Shown here piece by piece: positions 55,729 to 64,000 of a stretch of 64,000 nt of DNA; within the stretch, counting starts at the first letter, position 1; each line of letters starts with the position of its first letter. Below the pieces are notes generated by a model. It ran no database searches. It saw only the letters and a list, made by a program, of their open reading frames with translations, and was not told the DNA's origin. This DNA is from an uncultured Acidimicrobiales bacterium (GTDB lineage Bacteria > Actinomycetota > Acidimicrobiia > Acidimicrobiales > JAHEJN01). Made by a program: the position numbers and the translations under genes. Where the stretch lies: contig CAWBCM010000001.1 of assembly GCA_963787285.1 (NCBI GenBank), forward strand, positions 32,914 through 96,913, read 5' to 3'.

Positions 55729-56703
55729 ATGACCGGAGCCATCCTCGACGTCGATCTGGTCGCGTTCGAGAAGGGCGGCACGGCCACCCGAAACGCGGTG
55801 GTCGACGGTGTGTCACGCAGCCTCGCCACCGGCTTCGTGTACACCGATCACGACATCAGCGAGACCCTGCTCGACGAGGCGTACGGCATGCTCGCCGAGT
55901 TCTTCACGCAGCCACAACCCACCAAGGACGAGTACGTGGTTCCCGGCAGCCACGCTCAGGCCGGATACACCGGTCTCCTGGTCGAGACCGCGGCCAGCTC
56001 CGATGTGCCCGACTGGAAGGAGATGCTCAACTGGGGCGCCTCGCTCCCTGTGGGGCATCCCCTCCGGGTGAAGTACTCGCACCGTTACCACGAACCGGTT
56101 CTGCCCGAGGCCGCGGTTCCCGGTATCACCAGCGTGCTGGTCGAGTTCCATGCCAGGGTGCTCGACACCCAGCGTCGGTTCCTCCGGATCATCGCCCTCG
56201 GTCTGGGCGCCCACGAGGATCTCTTCGACGACCTGCTTCTCGACGGTCCCACCCTGACCCGGGCCATCCGCTATCCGGCCATGGCCGCAGCTCCGGGTGG
56301 CGAACACGTTTGGGCCGGTGAACACGCCGACATCAACCTCATCACGGCGCTCCCACGGGCCAGCGCGCGAGGCCTCCAGGTGAAGATCGACGGGGACTAC
56401 GTCGACGCGGTTCCTCCCGAGCACCATGTCATCATCAACACCGGGCTGATGCTCGAGCGGTTGTCGAACGGCCGGCTGCCGAGTGGCATTCACCGCGTCG
56501 TGGCCGACGACGCACAGCGGGATGATCGCTATTCGGTCGTGCAGTTCTGCCACCCGAGTCCATGGGCGTTCCTTTCGCCGCTTCCGAGTTGTTGCGGTCC
56601 GGACAATCCGCAACGCTATGGAGGGATCTCCGCCGCCGACGCCCTCGACAAGGTCCTCTACGAGATCAACCTGGTCGAGGGTGCTCGGCGCCTCGACAAC
56701 TGA
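55729..56703 (+). CDS. 2OG-Fe(II) oxygenase (isopenicillin N synthase-like) family protein
   Basis: 324-aa ORF with a DIOX_N-like N-terminus (SLATGFVYTDHDIS) and a HxD...H context (GEHADINLITAL...SGIHRV). Confidence 0.88.
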   Translation: MTGAILDVDLVAFEKGGTATRNAVVDGVSRSLATGFVYTDHDISETLLDEAYGMLAEFFTQPQPTKDEYVVPGSHAQAGYTGLLVETAASSDVPDWKEMLNWGASLPVGHPLRVKYSHRYHEPVLPEAAVPGITSVLVEFHARVLDTQRRFLRIIALGLGAHEDLFDDLLLDGPTLTRAIRYPAMAAAPGGEHVWAGEHADINLITALPRASARGLQVKIDGDYVDAVPPEHHVIINTGLMLERLSNGRLPSGIHRVVADDAQRDDRYSVVQFCHPSPWAFLSPLPSCCGPDNPQRYGGISAADALDKVLYEINLVEGARRLDN

Positions 56704-56713
56704 AGGCAACCCC

Positions 56714-57379
56714 ATGCGACTGAACCTCACGGCCGACGAGCTGCTCTCCACGACCCGCGCAGTGCGCAAGCGACTCGATCTGAACCGGCCGGTCGAGGCC
56801 TCGGTCCTGAAGGAGTGTCTCGAATCGGCCGTGCAGGCACCCACGGGCTCGAACTCCCAGGGATGGCGATTCATGGTGGTCACCGATGCCGACAAGAAGG
56901 CCGCCGTTGCCGAGCTCTACCGGAAGGCCTGGTACGACTACTACCAGCCGAGCGACCGCGAGCCCCGGAGCGACAAGGGAAGGCAACTCAAGCGGGTGAT
57001 GAGCTCGGCTTCGTACCTGGCCGACAACTTCGAGCGGGTGCCGGTGTGGGTCATCCCGTGCATGCCGGGGCGGCTCGACAACCTGCCCAACGTGATGGCC
57101 GCCGGTGCCTACGGATCGATCCATCCCGCCACGTGGAGCTTCATGTTGGCCGCTCGCGACCACGGGTTGGGTACCTCGTTCACCACCCTTCATCTCACCT
57201 ACGAACAGGAGGCGGCGGAGATCCTCGGCATCCCCTTCGCCGAAGTCACCCAGTGCGCACTCGTCACCGTCGGCTACACGGTCGGCACCGACTTCAAGCC
57301 GGCCGCCCGCCCGCCCGTCGAGACCGTGACGTACTGGAACACCTGGGGTACCGAGGCCGATTTCTCCGACCCCGCGTGA
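56714..57379 (+). CDS. Nitroreductase family protein
   Basis: ATG 56714 lies in ORF 56483..57379. Supporting sequence is TTRAVRKRLDL.RPV and AVQAPTGSNSQGWRFMVV. Confidence 0.88.
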   Translation: MRLNLTADELLSTTRAVRKRLDLNRPVEASVLKECLESAVQAPTGSNSQGWRFMVVTDADKKAAVAELYRKAWYDYYQPSDREPRSDKGRQLKRVMSSASYLADNFERVPVWVIPCMPGRLDNLPNVMAAGAYGSIHPATWSFMLAARDHGLGTSFTTLHLTYEQEAAEILGIPFAEVTQCALVTVGYTVGTDFKPAARPPVETVTYWNTWGTEADFSDPA

Positions 57380-58225
57380 CCCCCCGCACTTCGTTTCGTG
57401 TGCGCTCGTCACAGGGGGTCGCGCTCGCCGTGCACGACCTCGGTGGCCCGCTCGACGGACCGGTACTGGTCATGGGCCATGCCACCGGATTCCACGGCCG
57501 GGTCTTCGAGCCCATGGCCGCGGCCCTCACCGACCGGTATCGCTGCTTGGCACCCGATTTCCGGGGTCATGGCACCACCACGGTCACCGACGAGACCACC
57601 TACACGTGGGACCACGTCGCCGACGATCTCCTTGCGGTCGTCGATGCGGTTGGAGGCGGACCGGTCCGTGCCTTCGGCTGGTCCATCGGCGGGGCGGCCA
57701 TCACCGCCGCCGAGCTTCGGCGCCCCGGGACCGTGAAGGCGGCGTTCATCTTCGAGCCGATCATCGCCTCGAGAGCGTTTCTCGCCGCCTCCTATGCCGG
57801 CGACAACCCGCTGGCCGAGGGGGCCCGTCGTCGAAGGGCGGTCTTCGAGAGCCGCGCCCAGGTACTCGAGCGTTACCGGTCACGGCCTCCGCTCTCGGCG
57901 GTCGATCCCGATGCCCTCCTGGCCTATGTCGACCATGGTTTCGCCGATCAGCCCGACGGGACGGTGAGGCTCCGCTGTGATCCCAGCGACCGAGGCCGCG
58001 CTGTTCGAGGCGTGGCGGTGTGGTCTCTTCGATGATCTGTCGGGTCTTGGCGCGCCGTTCACCATCGGCATCGGGGGAGAGGACTCGCTCACCACGACGA
58101 TGGGGGTGATGGCGGCCGAGGCCATCCCTCGGGCCACGCTGCGTGTCTTCGACGACCTGACCCATTTCGGTCCCCTCGAAGCCCCGGTTCGCATAGCCGA
58201 GGCCGTGGCCGAGGCGGTGGGGTAG
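57376..58225 (+). pseudogene. Alpha/beta hydrolase, split by a +1 frame break near 57968-57985
   Basis: The N-terminal 200 aa are in the frame of ORF 56815..58035, starting at GTG 57376 (GTGA overlap). They include MGHATGFHG and the nucleophile elbow GWSIGG. The C-terminal 82 aa are in ORF 57977..58225 (..LTHFGPLEAP). Confidence 0.8.
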
Positions 58226-58334
58226 GCAGCCGAGGCCGTGGCCGAGGCGGTGGGGTAGGCAGCCGAGGCCGTGGCCGAGGCGGTGGGGTAGGCAGCCGAG
58301 GCCGTGGCCGAGGCGGTGGGGTGGGCAGCCGAGG
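58195..58334. repeat. 33-bp tandem repeat, 4 full copies plus a partial copy, carrying the hydrolase stop codon
   Basis: The unit AGCCGAGGCCGTGGCCGAGGCGGTGGGGTAGGC occurs at 58195, 58228 and 58261. The copy at 58294 has TGG in place of TAG. A partial fifth copy starts at 58327. The repeat fills the whole convergent intergenic gap. Confidence 0.9.
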
Positions 58335-58637
58335 TCAGTCGGGGGAGGACAGGGACTGGAGCAGCGTGGCCACGGTGGCGCCGGCCTCGAGGGGATGTCG
58401 AAGCGGACGGGCATCGAGGATCTCGTATCGGTTGCGACGCCCGACGCGCTCGTGGCGGAGATAGCCGCACTCCTCGAGCTCGTGGACGATTCGTTGCACC
58501 GCCCCGGGTGTGATGCCGACGAGGTCGCCGATGTCACGCTGCCGCAGGTCCGGGTTCCGGCTGATCGCGAGGAGTACGTGCGCGTGGTTGGTCAGGAAGC
58601 TCCACGCTGGTCGTTCCGGTCGGGGGTCGAGCGGCAT
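58335..58637 (-). CDS. Winged-helix (ArsR/MarR-like) transcriptional regulator
   Basis: ATG 58637 lies in ORF 58335..59075, giving 100 aa. Supporting sequence is NHAHVLLAISRNPDLRQRDIGDLVGITPGAVQRIVHELEECGYL. Confidence 0.8.
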   Translation of the reverse strand: MPLDPRPERPAWSFLTNHAHVLLAISRNPDLRQRDIGDLVGITPGAVQRIVHELEECGYLRHERVGRRNRYEILDARPLRHPLEAGATVATLLQSLSSPD

Positions 58638-58645
58638 CGGTCGGG

Positions 58646-60766
58646 TCACCGGGTGCCTCCGTTCGTTCCGTCGGGCATTACGGCCAGCAGCACCGTGGTG
58701 TCGATCCGGTCGAGAACCCGCTCGATGGTGTGACCGAGGAAGGGGGTCTCGTTGCTCGTTCGCAGCGTGCCGGAGATCACCACGAGGTCGACGGTGAGCT
58801 CGGCGATCGAGGCGAGAATCTGGTCGCTGGTGTTGTCGGCGTGCTCGAGCAGGGTGGAGTGGTTGGCGCCAACCGTGGTGGCGAGTCGGGCGGCGTCGTC
58901 GAGAACATGACGGCCCGGGCTCCGGTCGATCAACCGGTGCTCGTGTGACGACGTGGCCACGTGGAGGTGATGGACATGGGTACCGATGCGGCTGCTCAGG
59001 TACGTGCCGATCTCCTGTGCGGCTCGAGAGCTGCCTTTGCCGGAGATCGGCACGAGGGCACGGGCGAACGCCCACGGCAGCCGACCCCCGTTGTCGCGTG
59101 GTTGGCGAGCGATCACGACGGGGATCGTTGCGCCGCGAACGACGTGATCGACCAACGGCGAGACGAATCCGTCGCGTAGCTCGCCCGAGTTCGCCCCCAT
59201 GACCACGACGTCGTAGCCCAGCTTCGATTCGGCGAGTATCCGGTCGCCGACGGCGGATGCATCAGGTTCGATCTCGATGTGCACCGATCGACCGTGGAGG
59301 ACGTTGCGCACGGCTTCGATGTCGTCGCGATCGCCACCGCCCACCATCAGGAGTGTCACCTCGGCCTGTGCGGGCCACGCGAGGTCGATGATCTGAGCGG
59401 CAAGGATCGACGAGAGTCCGCCCTGGGTGGGAAGGAGAACCCGTCCCGAAGTGACGACGGTGTTGGCGGCCAACTGCTCCTCGGCATCGAGTCGGGTGCG
59501 CTCCTCGGGGGAGCCGTCCCAGTTGTCGAGCACGCGTCGCAGGAGCGGGGGAGCCATCATCGATGTTGCCATCGCCATGAGGACGATCACCGTGTACGAG
59601 CGCTCGTTGAGGACACCGAGCGAGAGTCCGACCGTGGCGATCACGATCTCGAGTGCGCCGCGTGCATTGAGACCGACGCCCAGTGCCGCCCCCTCCCGGG
59701 TGGACAGCGCCGAGAGCCTCGCCCCGATGATCGATCCCACGAACTTCGAAAGGCTGGCGGCGATCACCACCACCACTGCCCAGGCGAAGGTTTCTCCGTC
59801 GGCCAACAGACCCAGGTCGACGCGTAGGCCTGCGGTTGCGAAGAACACGGGCGCGAAGAAGGCCGCGGTCATCGTCTCGATGGGACGGATGAGCTCGTGA
59901 TCGGCGAAGCGAGAGCGGGCGAGCACGACGCCGGCCACGAAGGCGCCGAGTACGGCTTCGACATGCAGCCACTGGGTGATGACGCCGAAGGCCAACGCAG
60001 TGACCAGGACGATCGACATTCCGGCCAACGGGTCGCTGCCGGAGGCCCGTACCGAGCGGAGGCCGCGGTCGACCAGACGCTGACCCACGGTGAAGGCCAG
60101 GACGAAGAACACGGCCAGGCCGATGACGGTGAAGGCCAGCTTGTCGAGCTCGACCTGGCCGGCCTGGGCCAAACCGGCGATGAATCCGAGGGCGATCCAG
60201 CCGACCACGTCGTTCGCCATCCCGGCGGCCAGCGTGAGCTGGCCGAAGTTGCGGCGCAACAGTCCCATCTCGGACAGGATCTTGGCGATGACCGGTAGCG
60301 ACGAGATCGACAGCGCAGCGGCGATGAAGAGGGCGAAGATGTAGCGCTCGGTGCCGTCGCCCAGGAACGCCGTGGGAATGAACCAGCCAACGGCCAGACC
60401 GGCGATCATCGGCGCGACGAGCGAACCAGTCGAGACGACCGTGGCCGCGGATCCGAGTCGGCGGATGAGGCCGAGGTCGGTCTCGAAACCGGTCGAGACC
60501 AGGAGAAGCAACACGCCCAGCCACCCGACCGTGAACAACATCGCCGTCTGCACGTCATCGGCAGGGAACAGCCAGTCACTGACATCGGGAGCCACACGGG
60601 CGAGAAGCGAGGGCCCGAGGAGGAGACCGGCGGCCAGCTCGCCGACGACGCTCGGCTGTCCGAACCGTCGCAGGAGCGCACCCAGGAGGCGGGCCGTGAC
60701 GACGATGACCAGAAGGGCGACCCAGAACACCAGCAGTTGATGCTCGGTCGGTGGATTCAGGCTCAT
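58646..60766 (-). CDS. CPA2-type cation:proton antiporter fused to tandem universal stress protein (USP) domains
   Basis: 706-aa ORF. The N-terminal Na_H_exchanger region has about 12 TM segments (GQPSVVGELAAGLLLGPS). The C-terminal roughly 280 aa contain two USP-like halves (VLLPTQGG..., VVVMGANSG..., LVPISGKGSS..., LVVISGTL). Confidence 0.93.
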   Translation of the reverse strand: MSLNPPTEHQLLVFWVALLVIVVTARLLGALLRRFGQPSVVGELAAGLLLGPSLLARVAPDVSDWLFPADDVQTAMLFTVGWLGVLLLLVSTGFETDLGLIRRLGSAATVVSTGSLVAPMIAGLAVGWFIPTAFLGDGTERYIFALFIAAALSISSLPVIAKILSEMGLLRRNFGQLTLAAGMANDVVGWIALGFIAGLAQAGQVELDKLAFTVIGLAVFFVLAFTVGQRLVDRGLRSVRASGSDPLAGMSIVLVTALAFGVITQWLHVEAVLGAFVAGVVLARSRFADHELIRPIETMTAAFFAPVFFATAGLRVDLGLLADGETFAWAVVVVIAASLSKFVGSIIGARLSALSTREGAALGVGLNARGALEIVIATVGLSLGVLNERSYTVIVLMAMATSMMAPPLLRRVLDNWDGSPEERTRLDAEEQLAANTVVTSGRVLLPTQGGLSSILAAQIIDLAWPAQAEVTLLMVGGGDRDDIEAVRNVLHGRSVHIEIEPDASAVGDRILAESKLGYDVVVMGANSGELRDGFVSPLVDHVVRGATIPVVIARQPRDNGGRLPWAFARALVPISGKGSSRAAQEIGTYLSSRIGTHVHHLHVATSSHEHRLIDRSPGRHVLDDAARLATTVGANHSTLLEHADNTSDQILASIAELTVDLVVISGTLRTSNETPFLGHTIERVLDRIDTTVLLAVMPDGTNGGTR

Positions 60767-60870
60767 GACGGATCACCTCTCCGACGTTCCTCGATACGCA
60801 AGTCTAATACCGCTTTTTGAATACCGCAATTCAATTGTCGTTGATAGGAAAGCGATATAAGATAAGTGCT
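60767..60870. promoter_or_regulatory. AT-rich divergent promoter region between the CPA2-USP gene and the mrp operon
   Basis: GC is about 40% in a 70% GC background. Direct repeats AATACCGC occur at about 60806 and 60820, followed by AATTCAATTG. Confidence 0.55.
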
Positions 60871-63087
60871 GTGATCGTCTCGGACGCCACCCCCCCGACG
60901 GCCAGCCGAGCAGTGTTCGCGCTCGCGGCCCTTCCGCTCGCGGCCCTCACCGTCTGGGCGACGGTCCTGCTGGCCGGTGATCGTTCCACGACCTTCTCCG
61001 TCACCTGGGTGGCCGATCTCGACCTGGTGATCGCCTTCCACATCGGCCCGATGGCGTCGTTGCTGACCCTCGTCGTCGCGGGGATCGGCGCTCTCGTAAT
61101 GGTGTACTCGGCCGGGTACTTCTCCCCGGAGGCCGAGGGAACCCGCCGATTCGCGATCACCCTGCTGGCCTTCGGCCTGTCGATGGTCGGCCTGGTGTGG
61201 GCCGACAGCGTCTGGACGTTGTTCGTGTTCTGGGAGCTCACCTCGATCACGTCGTTCCTGCTGGTCGGCTTTCGCAACAACCGGGCCGAAGCCCGGGCCG
61301 CAGCCCGGCGTGCCTTCCTGATCACTGCCGGGGGAGGTTTGGCGTTGCTCGCCGGACTGCTCATCCTGGTGGACGTCAAGGGCAGTGCGTCATTGCGTTC
61401 GCTCGAACCGCTCACCGGTACCCGGGCAAGCGTGGCCGCGTTGCTCGTGATGATTGCCGCCGCCACCAAGTCGGCCCAGGTGCCGTTCCACGTCTGGCTT
61501 CCCGGTGCGATGGCCGCGCCCACGCCGGTCAGCGCGTACCTGCACTCGGCAACCATGGTGAAGGCCGGGGTGATCGTGGTCGCACTGACCGGACCGGCCT
61601 TCGTCGACGTCGCTGTGTGGAAGAGCCTCGGCCTTGCGTTGGGAGGAGCATCGATGCTCTGGGGCGCGATCGGTGCCCTCCGCCATGTCGACGGCAAGCA
61701 GATCCTGGCGTGGGGAACCGTCTCCCAGCTCGGGCTCATGATCGTGTTGTTGTCGCTCGGTGAGCCCAAGGCGACCTTCGCCGCCCTTTCCGTCGTCGTC
61801 GCCCACGCCGTCTTCAAGGCGGCGCTGTTCATGGTCGTCGGCGAGGTCGACGTCCGAGCCGGAACCCGAGACATCCGCGAGCTCGACGGTCTGGCCAACT
61901 CGATGCCCATCGCCTTCGCGGCGGCCGCAGTGTCGGGAGCATCGATGGTGGGCGTGCCACCGCTGCTCGGCTTCATGGCCAAGGAGGCGGCCATCGAGGC
62001 CGGCCTCAAGCTGAAGGGATTCGAGGCGATCGCGGTGACGGCGCTCATCGTCTTCGGGTCCGTCTTGACCGCGGCCTACACCGTGCGCTTCCTGATCGGC
62101 ATGTTCGGGGGTCGATCCGACACGCCGACCCCGGTCAGCCCTCGACGATGGCCGATGACGCTGCCGGCGGTCACCTTGACGCTCCTCAGCGTCGGGGGCT
62201 ACGCCGCGGCGGGGACGGTGACGACCCTGGTCAGGCGTGCGGTCGAAACCCTCGACCCTGCCGCAGCCGAGTTCACCCTTCTCCGGTGGCCCGGCTTCAC
62301 CACCGCGTTCGGGCTCTCCGTGGGAATCGTGGTGGTGGGCTCTGCCCTCGGAATCGCTTTGGCCCCACGCGTGTCCTCGGTGCCTGCTCCCCTCGGTGCC
62401 GGCCTGGTCGACCGCAGCATCGACGAGGTCGTGGTCGTCGCCCGCCAGCTCACCGCCCGGGTGCAGCACGGGTCCCTGCCGGTGTACCTGGTGGTCGCCA
62501 TCGCCGTGGCCGCCATGGCGGGGACGCCGTTCTGGTTCGCCGTCGACCTCGACGCGCTGTACCGCTGGGACAGCGCGATCCAGCCAATTCTCGGCCTCGC
62601 GGTCGTGATCGCCGGCATCGTCACGGCACGCATCGGTTCGCGGCTCGGAGCCGCACTCGGTCTCGGGGGACTCGGCATCGGCGTCGCGGGGTTGTTCGCC
62701 GCCCACGGTGCCCCCGATCTGGTGATCACGCAGCTGCTGGTCGAGACGGTGGTGGTGGTGGGGTTCGTGATCGGGCTGGGCCATCTCACCAGCCGGTTTC
62801 CGCGCGCTCAGAACCGCTGGCGGCTCACCCGCCTCGTCATCTCGATCGGCGCGGGTGTCGCGGTGGCCGGAGCGCTGTTCGCGAGCGGATCGCGCCCGAC
62901 CGGGCAGGCCCCCCGGGAGGTGCTGGTCGACGAAGCGGTGGAGGTCGGCGGCGGGAACAACGTGGTCAACGTGATCCTCACCGACGTTCGTGGCCTCGAC
63001 ACTCTCGGCGAGATCGTCGTCCTTGCCGTCGTGGCCATCGGAATGTTGGCCCTCGGCGCCGCGGGCGGGAAGCGCAGCGTCGCATGA
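60871..63087 (+). CDS. mrpA: Na+/H+ antiporter subunit A (MrpA/MnhA, NuoL-like)
   Basis: In the frame of ORF 60817..63087 with a candidate GTG 60871. It has the proton-conducting membrane transporter core (WELTSITSFLLVGF, VPFHVWLPGAMAAPTPVSAYLHSATMVKAG). Confidence 0.92.
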   Translation: MIVSDATPPTASRAVFALAALPLAALTVWATVLLAGDRSTTFSVTWVADLDLVIAFHIGPMASLLTLVVAGIGALVMVYSAGYFSPEAEGTRRFAITLLAFGLSMVGLVWADSVWTLFVFWELTSITSFLLVGFRNNRAEARAAARRAFLITAGGGLALLAGLLILVDVKGSASLRSLEPLTGTRASVAALLVMIAAATKSAQVPFHVWLPGAMAAPTPVSAYLHSATMVKAGVIVVALTGPAFVDVAVWKSLGLALGGASMLWGAIGALRHVDGKQILAWGTVSQLGLMIVLLSLGEPKATFAALSVVVAHAVFKAALFMVVGEVDVRAGTRDIRELDGLANSMPIAFAAAAVSGASMVGVPPLLGFMAKEAAIEAGLKLKGFEAIAVTALIVFGSVLTAAYTVRFLIGMFGGRSDTPTPVSPRRWPMTLPAVTLTLLSVGGYAAAGTVTTLVRRAVETLDPAAAEFTLLRWPGFTTAFGLSVGIVVVGSALGIALAPRVSSVPAPLGAGLVDRSIDEVVVVARQLTARVQHGSLPVYLVVAIAVAAMAGTPFWFAVDLDALYRWDSAIQPILGLAVVIAGIVTARIGSRLGAALGLGGLGIGVAGLFAAHGAPDLVITQLLVETVVVVGFVIGLGHLTSRFPRAQNRWRLTRLVISIGAGVAVAGALFASGSRPTGQAPREVLVDEAVEVGGGNNVVNVILTDVRGLDTLGEIVVLAVVAIGMLALGAAGGKRSVA

Positions 63088-63533
63088 TCGCCCGCCGATC
63101 CCCCATCGTCTCGCTCGGGGTGGCCGTCATCGGTCCCCCTGCAGTACTCGTTGCGCTCTACCTGTTCTTCGCCGGCCACAACCAGCCCGGAGGCGGGTTC
63201 GCGGCAGGCCTCGTCCTCGGTGCGGTGGTGGCGCTCCGGGCCGTCGTGGGCCGCCGGGTGCCGGTGGCGAGTACCACACTGTTGTGGATCGGCGCCGGTC
63301 TGGCCGCCGGCGTCGCGCTGGTGCCGCTCGTGGTCGGCCACGCGGTCCTCGATCAGACCGTGGTCGACGTCACGATTCCGGTTCTCGGGAAGGTGAAGAG
63401 CGGCTCGGCCGCCGTGTTCGACGCCGGTGTCGCCGCGATCGTGGTGGGGTTGGTGGTGGCGGTGCTCGACGGACTGGGCGTCTCCCGCATCGCCGACACG
63501 TCCGGCCCGGGGATCGCCGAGGACCGGTCGTGA
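63084..63533 (+). CDS. mrpB: Na+/H+ antiporter subunit B (MnhB)
   Basis: ATG 63084 overlaps the mrpA stop (ATGA). The motif FAGHNQPGGGFAAGLVLG is present. It lies in the frame of ORF 62148..63533. Confidence 0.88.
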   Translation: MIARRSPIVSLGVAVIGPPAVLVALYLFFAGHNQPGGGFAAGLVLGAVVALRAVVGRRVPVASTTLLWIGAGLAAGVALVPLVVGHAVLDQTVVDVTIPVLGKVKSGSAAVFDAGVAAIVVGLVVAVLDGLGVSRIADTSGPGIAEDRS

Positions 63534-63919
63534 ACGTCTCACTCGTCTTGACGGTGGCCGGGCTCGTGACGGTCGGCACCTATCTCGTCACCGCCCGCTC
63601 GCTGAGTCGCATCATTCTGGGGTTCTCGATGCTCGGTCACGCGGCGGTGCTCGCACTGTTGAGCGCCGGGGGCCCTGCGGGCGAGGTCCCGCTGGCCGAC
63701 CGATCCTCCGCCGGGGAGATGGCGAACCCGCTCCCACAGGCGTTGTCGCTCACGGCGATCGTGATCTCGTTCGGTCTCACGCTGTTCCTGCTGGCACTGG
63801 CCCGGCGCCAGAACGCGCTCTCGGGTGACGACCTCGTCGAGGACGATCTCGAGGACCAGCGGGTGGCTCTCCTCGCCCATGAGGAGTCGTCGGAAGCACC
63901 CGACGCGGACGCGCCGTGA
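63530..63919 (+). CDS. mrpC: Na+/H+ antiporter subunit C (MnhC, NuoK-like)
   Basis: GTG 63530 overlaps the mrpB stop. Supporting sequence is GTYLVTARSLSRIILGFSMLGHA and PLPQALSLTAIVISF. Confidence 0.9.
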   Translation: MNVSLVLTVAGLVTVGTYLVTARSLSRIILGFSMLGHAAVLALLSAGGPAGEVPLADRSSAGEMANPLPQALSLTAIVISFGLTLFLLALARRQNALSGDDLVEDDLEDQRVALLAHEESSEAPDADAP

Positions 63920-64000
63920 GTGCATTGGTTGCCCTCACGGTGGTCGGGCCGCTCCTCGCCGCCGCGCTCACCCTCGCGCTCCGGGCCCGACCTCGCCTGC
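63916..64000 (+). CDS. mrpD: Na+/H+ antiporter subunit D (MnhD), 5' fragment truncated by the window end
   Basis: GTG 63916 overlaps the mrpC stop. The hydrophobic N-terminus is VSALVALTVVGPLLAAALTLAL, in the operon position after mrpC. Confidence 0.7.
   Translation, partial: MSALVALTVVGPLLAAALTLALRARPRL

Noticed and set aside
58195-58334. CRISPR array, considered for this repeat and for the one at 8716..8787.
   Set aside because: The repeats are contiguous with no spacers, there are only 2-4 copies, and there are no cas genes. They are simple tandem repeats.

Overview
This is a roughly 70% GC actinobacterial (Actinomycetota) chromosome segment centred on the replication origin. The left part carries hsp20, a beta-CASP hydrolase, tRNA-Ile, DUF3566 and an M15 peptidase. 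It then has gyrA-gyrB-DUF721(dciA-like)-recF-dnaN-oriC-dnaA on the minus strand and rpmH-rnpA-yidD-yidC-jag-rsmG-2xparS-parA-parB on the plus strand. Next come an ECF sigma/anti-sigma-membrane protein-trxB-trxA-cwlM operon, a Ser/Thr kinase, DegV, a DUF6049-like envelope protein, GNAT, an HDAC-family deacetylase, CCA-adding enzyme, DUF5318 and panB. Gene order and content mirror the Mycobacterium Rv3907c..Rv0007 origin region. The right half (32-64 kb) is more accessory. It holds an MmyB-like regulator, an NfeD/SPFH pair, a DUF559 gene bracketed by ~49-bp repeats, a methyltransferase, tRNA-Ser, pheA, larB-larC, udk, cell-wall genes, acyl-CoA metabolism genes, a CPA2-USP antiporter and the start of an mrp/mnh operon. 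The most interesting feature is an uncharacterised module at 38.0-43.2 kb: a divergent S8 peptidase facing a CHAT-TPR protease, an ECF sigma and a small coupled protein. The S8 gene has an 11-aa x4 repeat at its propeptide junction, and the shared promoter holds a perfect 22-bp palindrome. Other notable points are four single-base (+1) frame breaks including dnaA (probably assembly-level indels), and three conserved genes whose conserved N-termini lie upstream of any ATG/GTG/TTG, each with an in-frame ATC. There are also tandem repeats that carry gene stop codons, and a DnaA-box pair outside oriC. I saw no CRISPR array, transposase, integrase or rRNA. Short-motif coordinates were read by eye and may be off by 1-2 nt.
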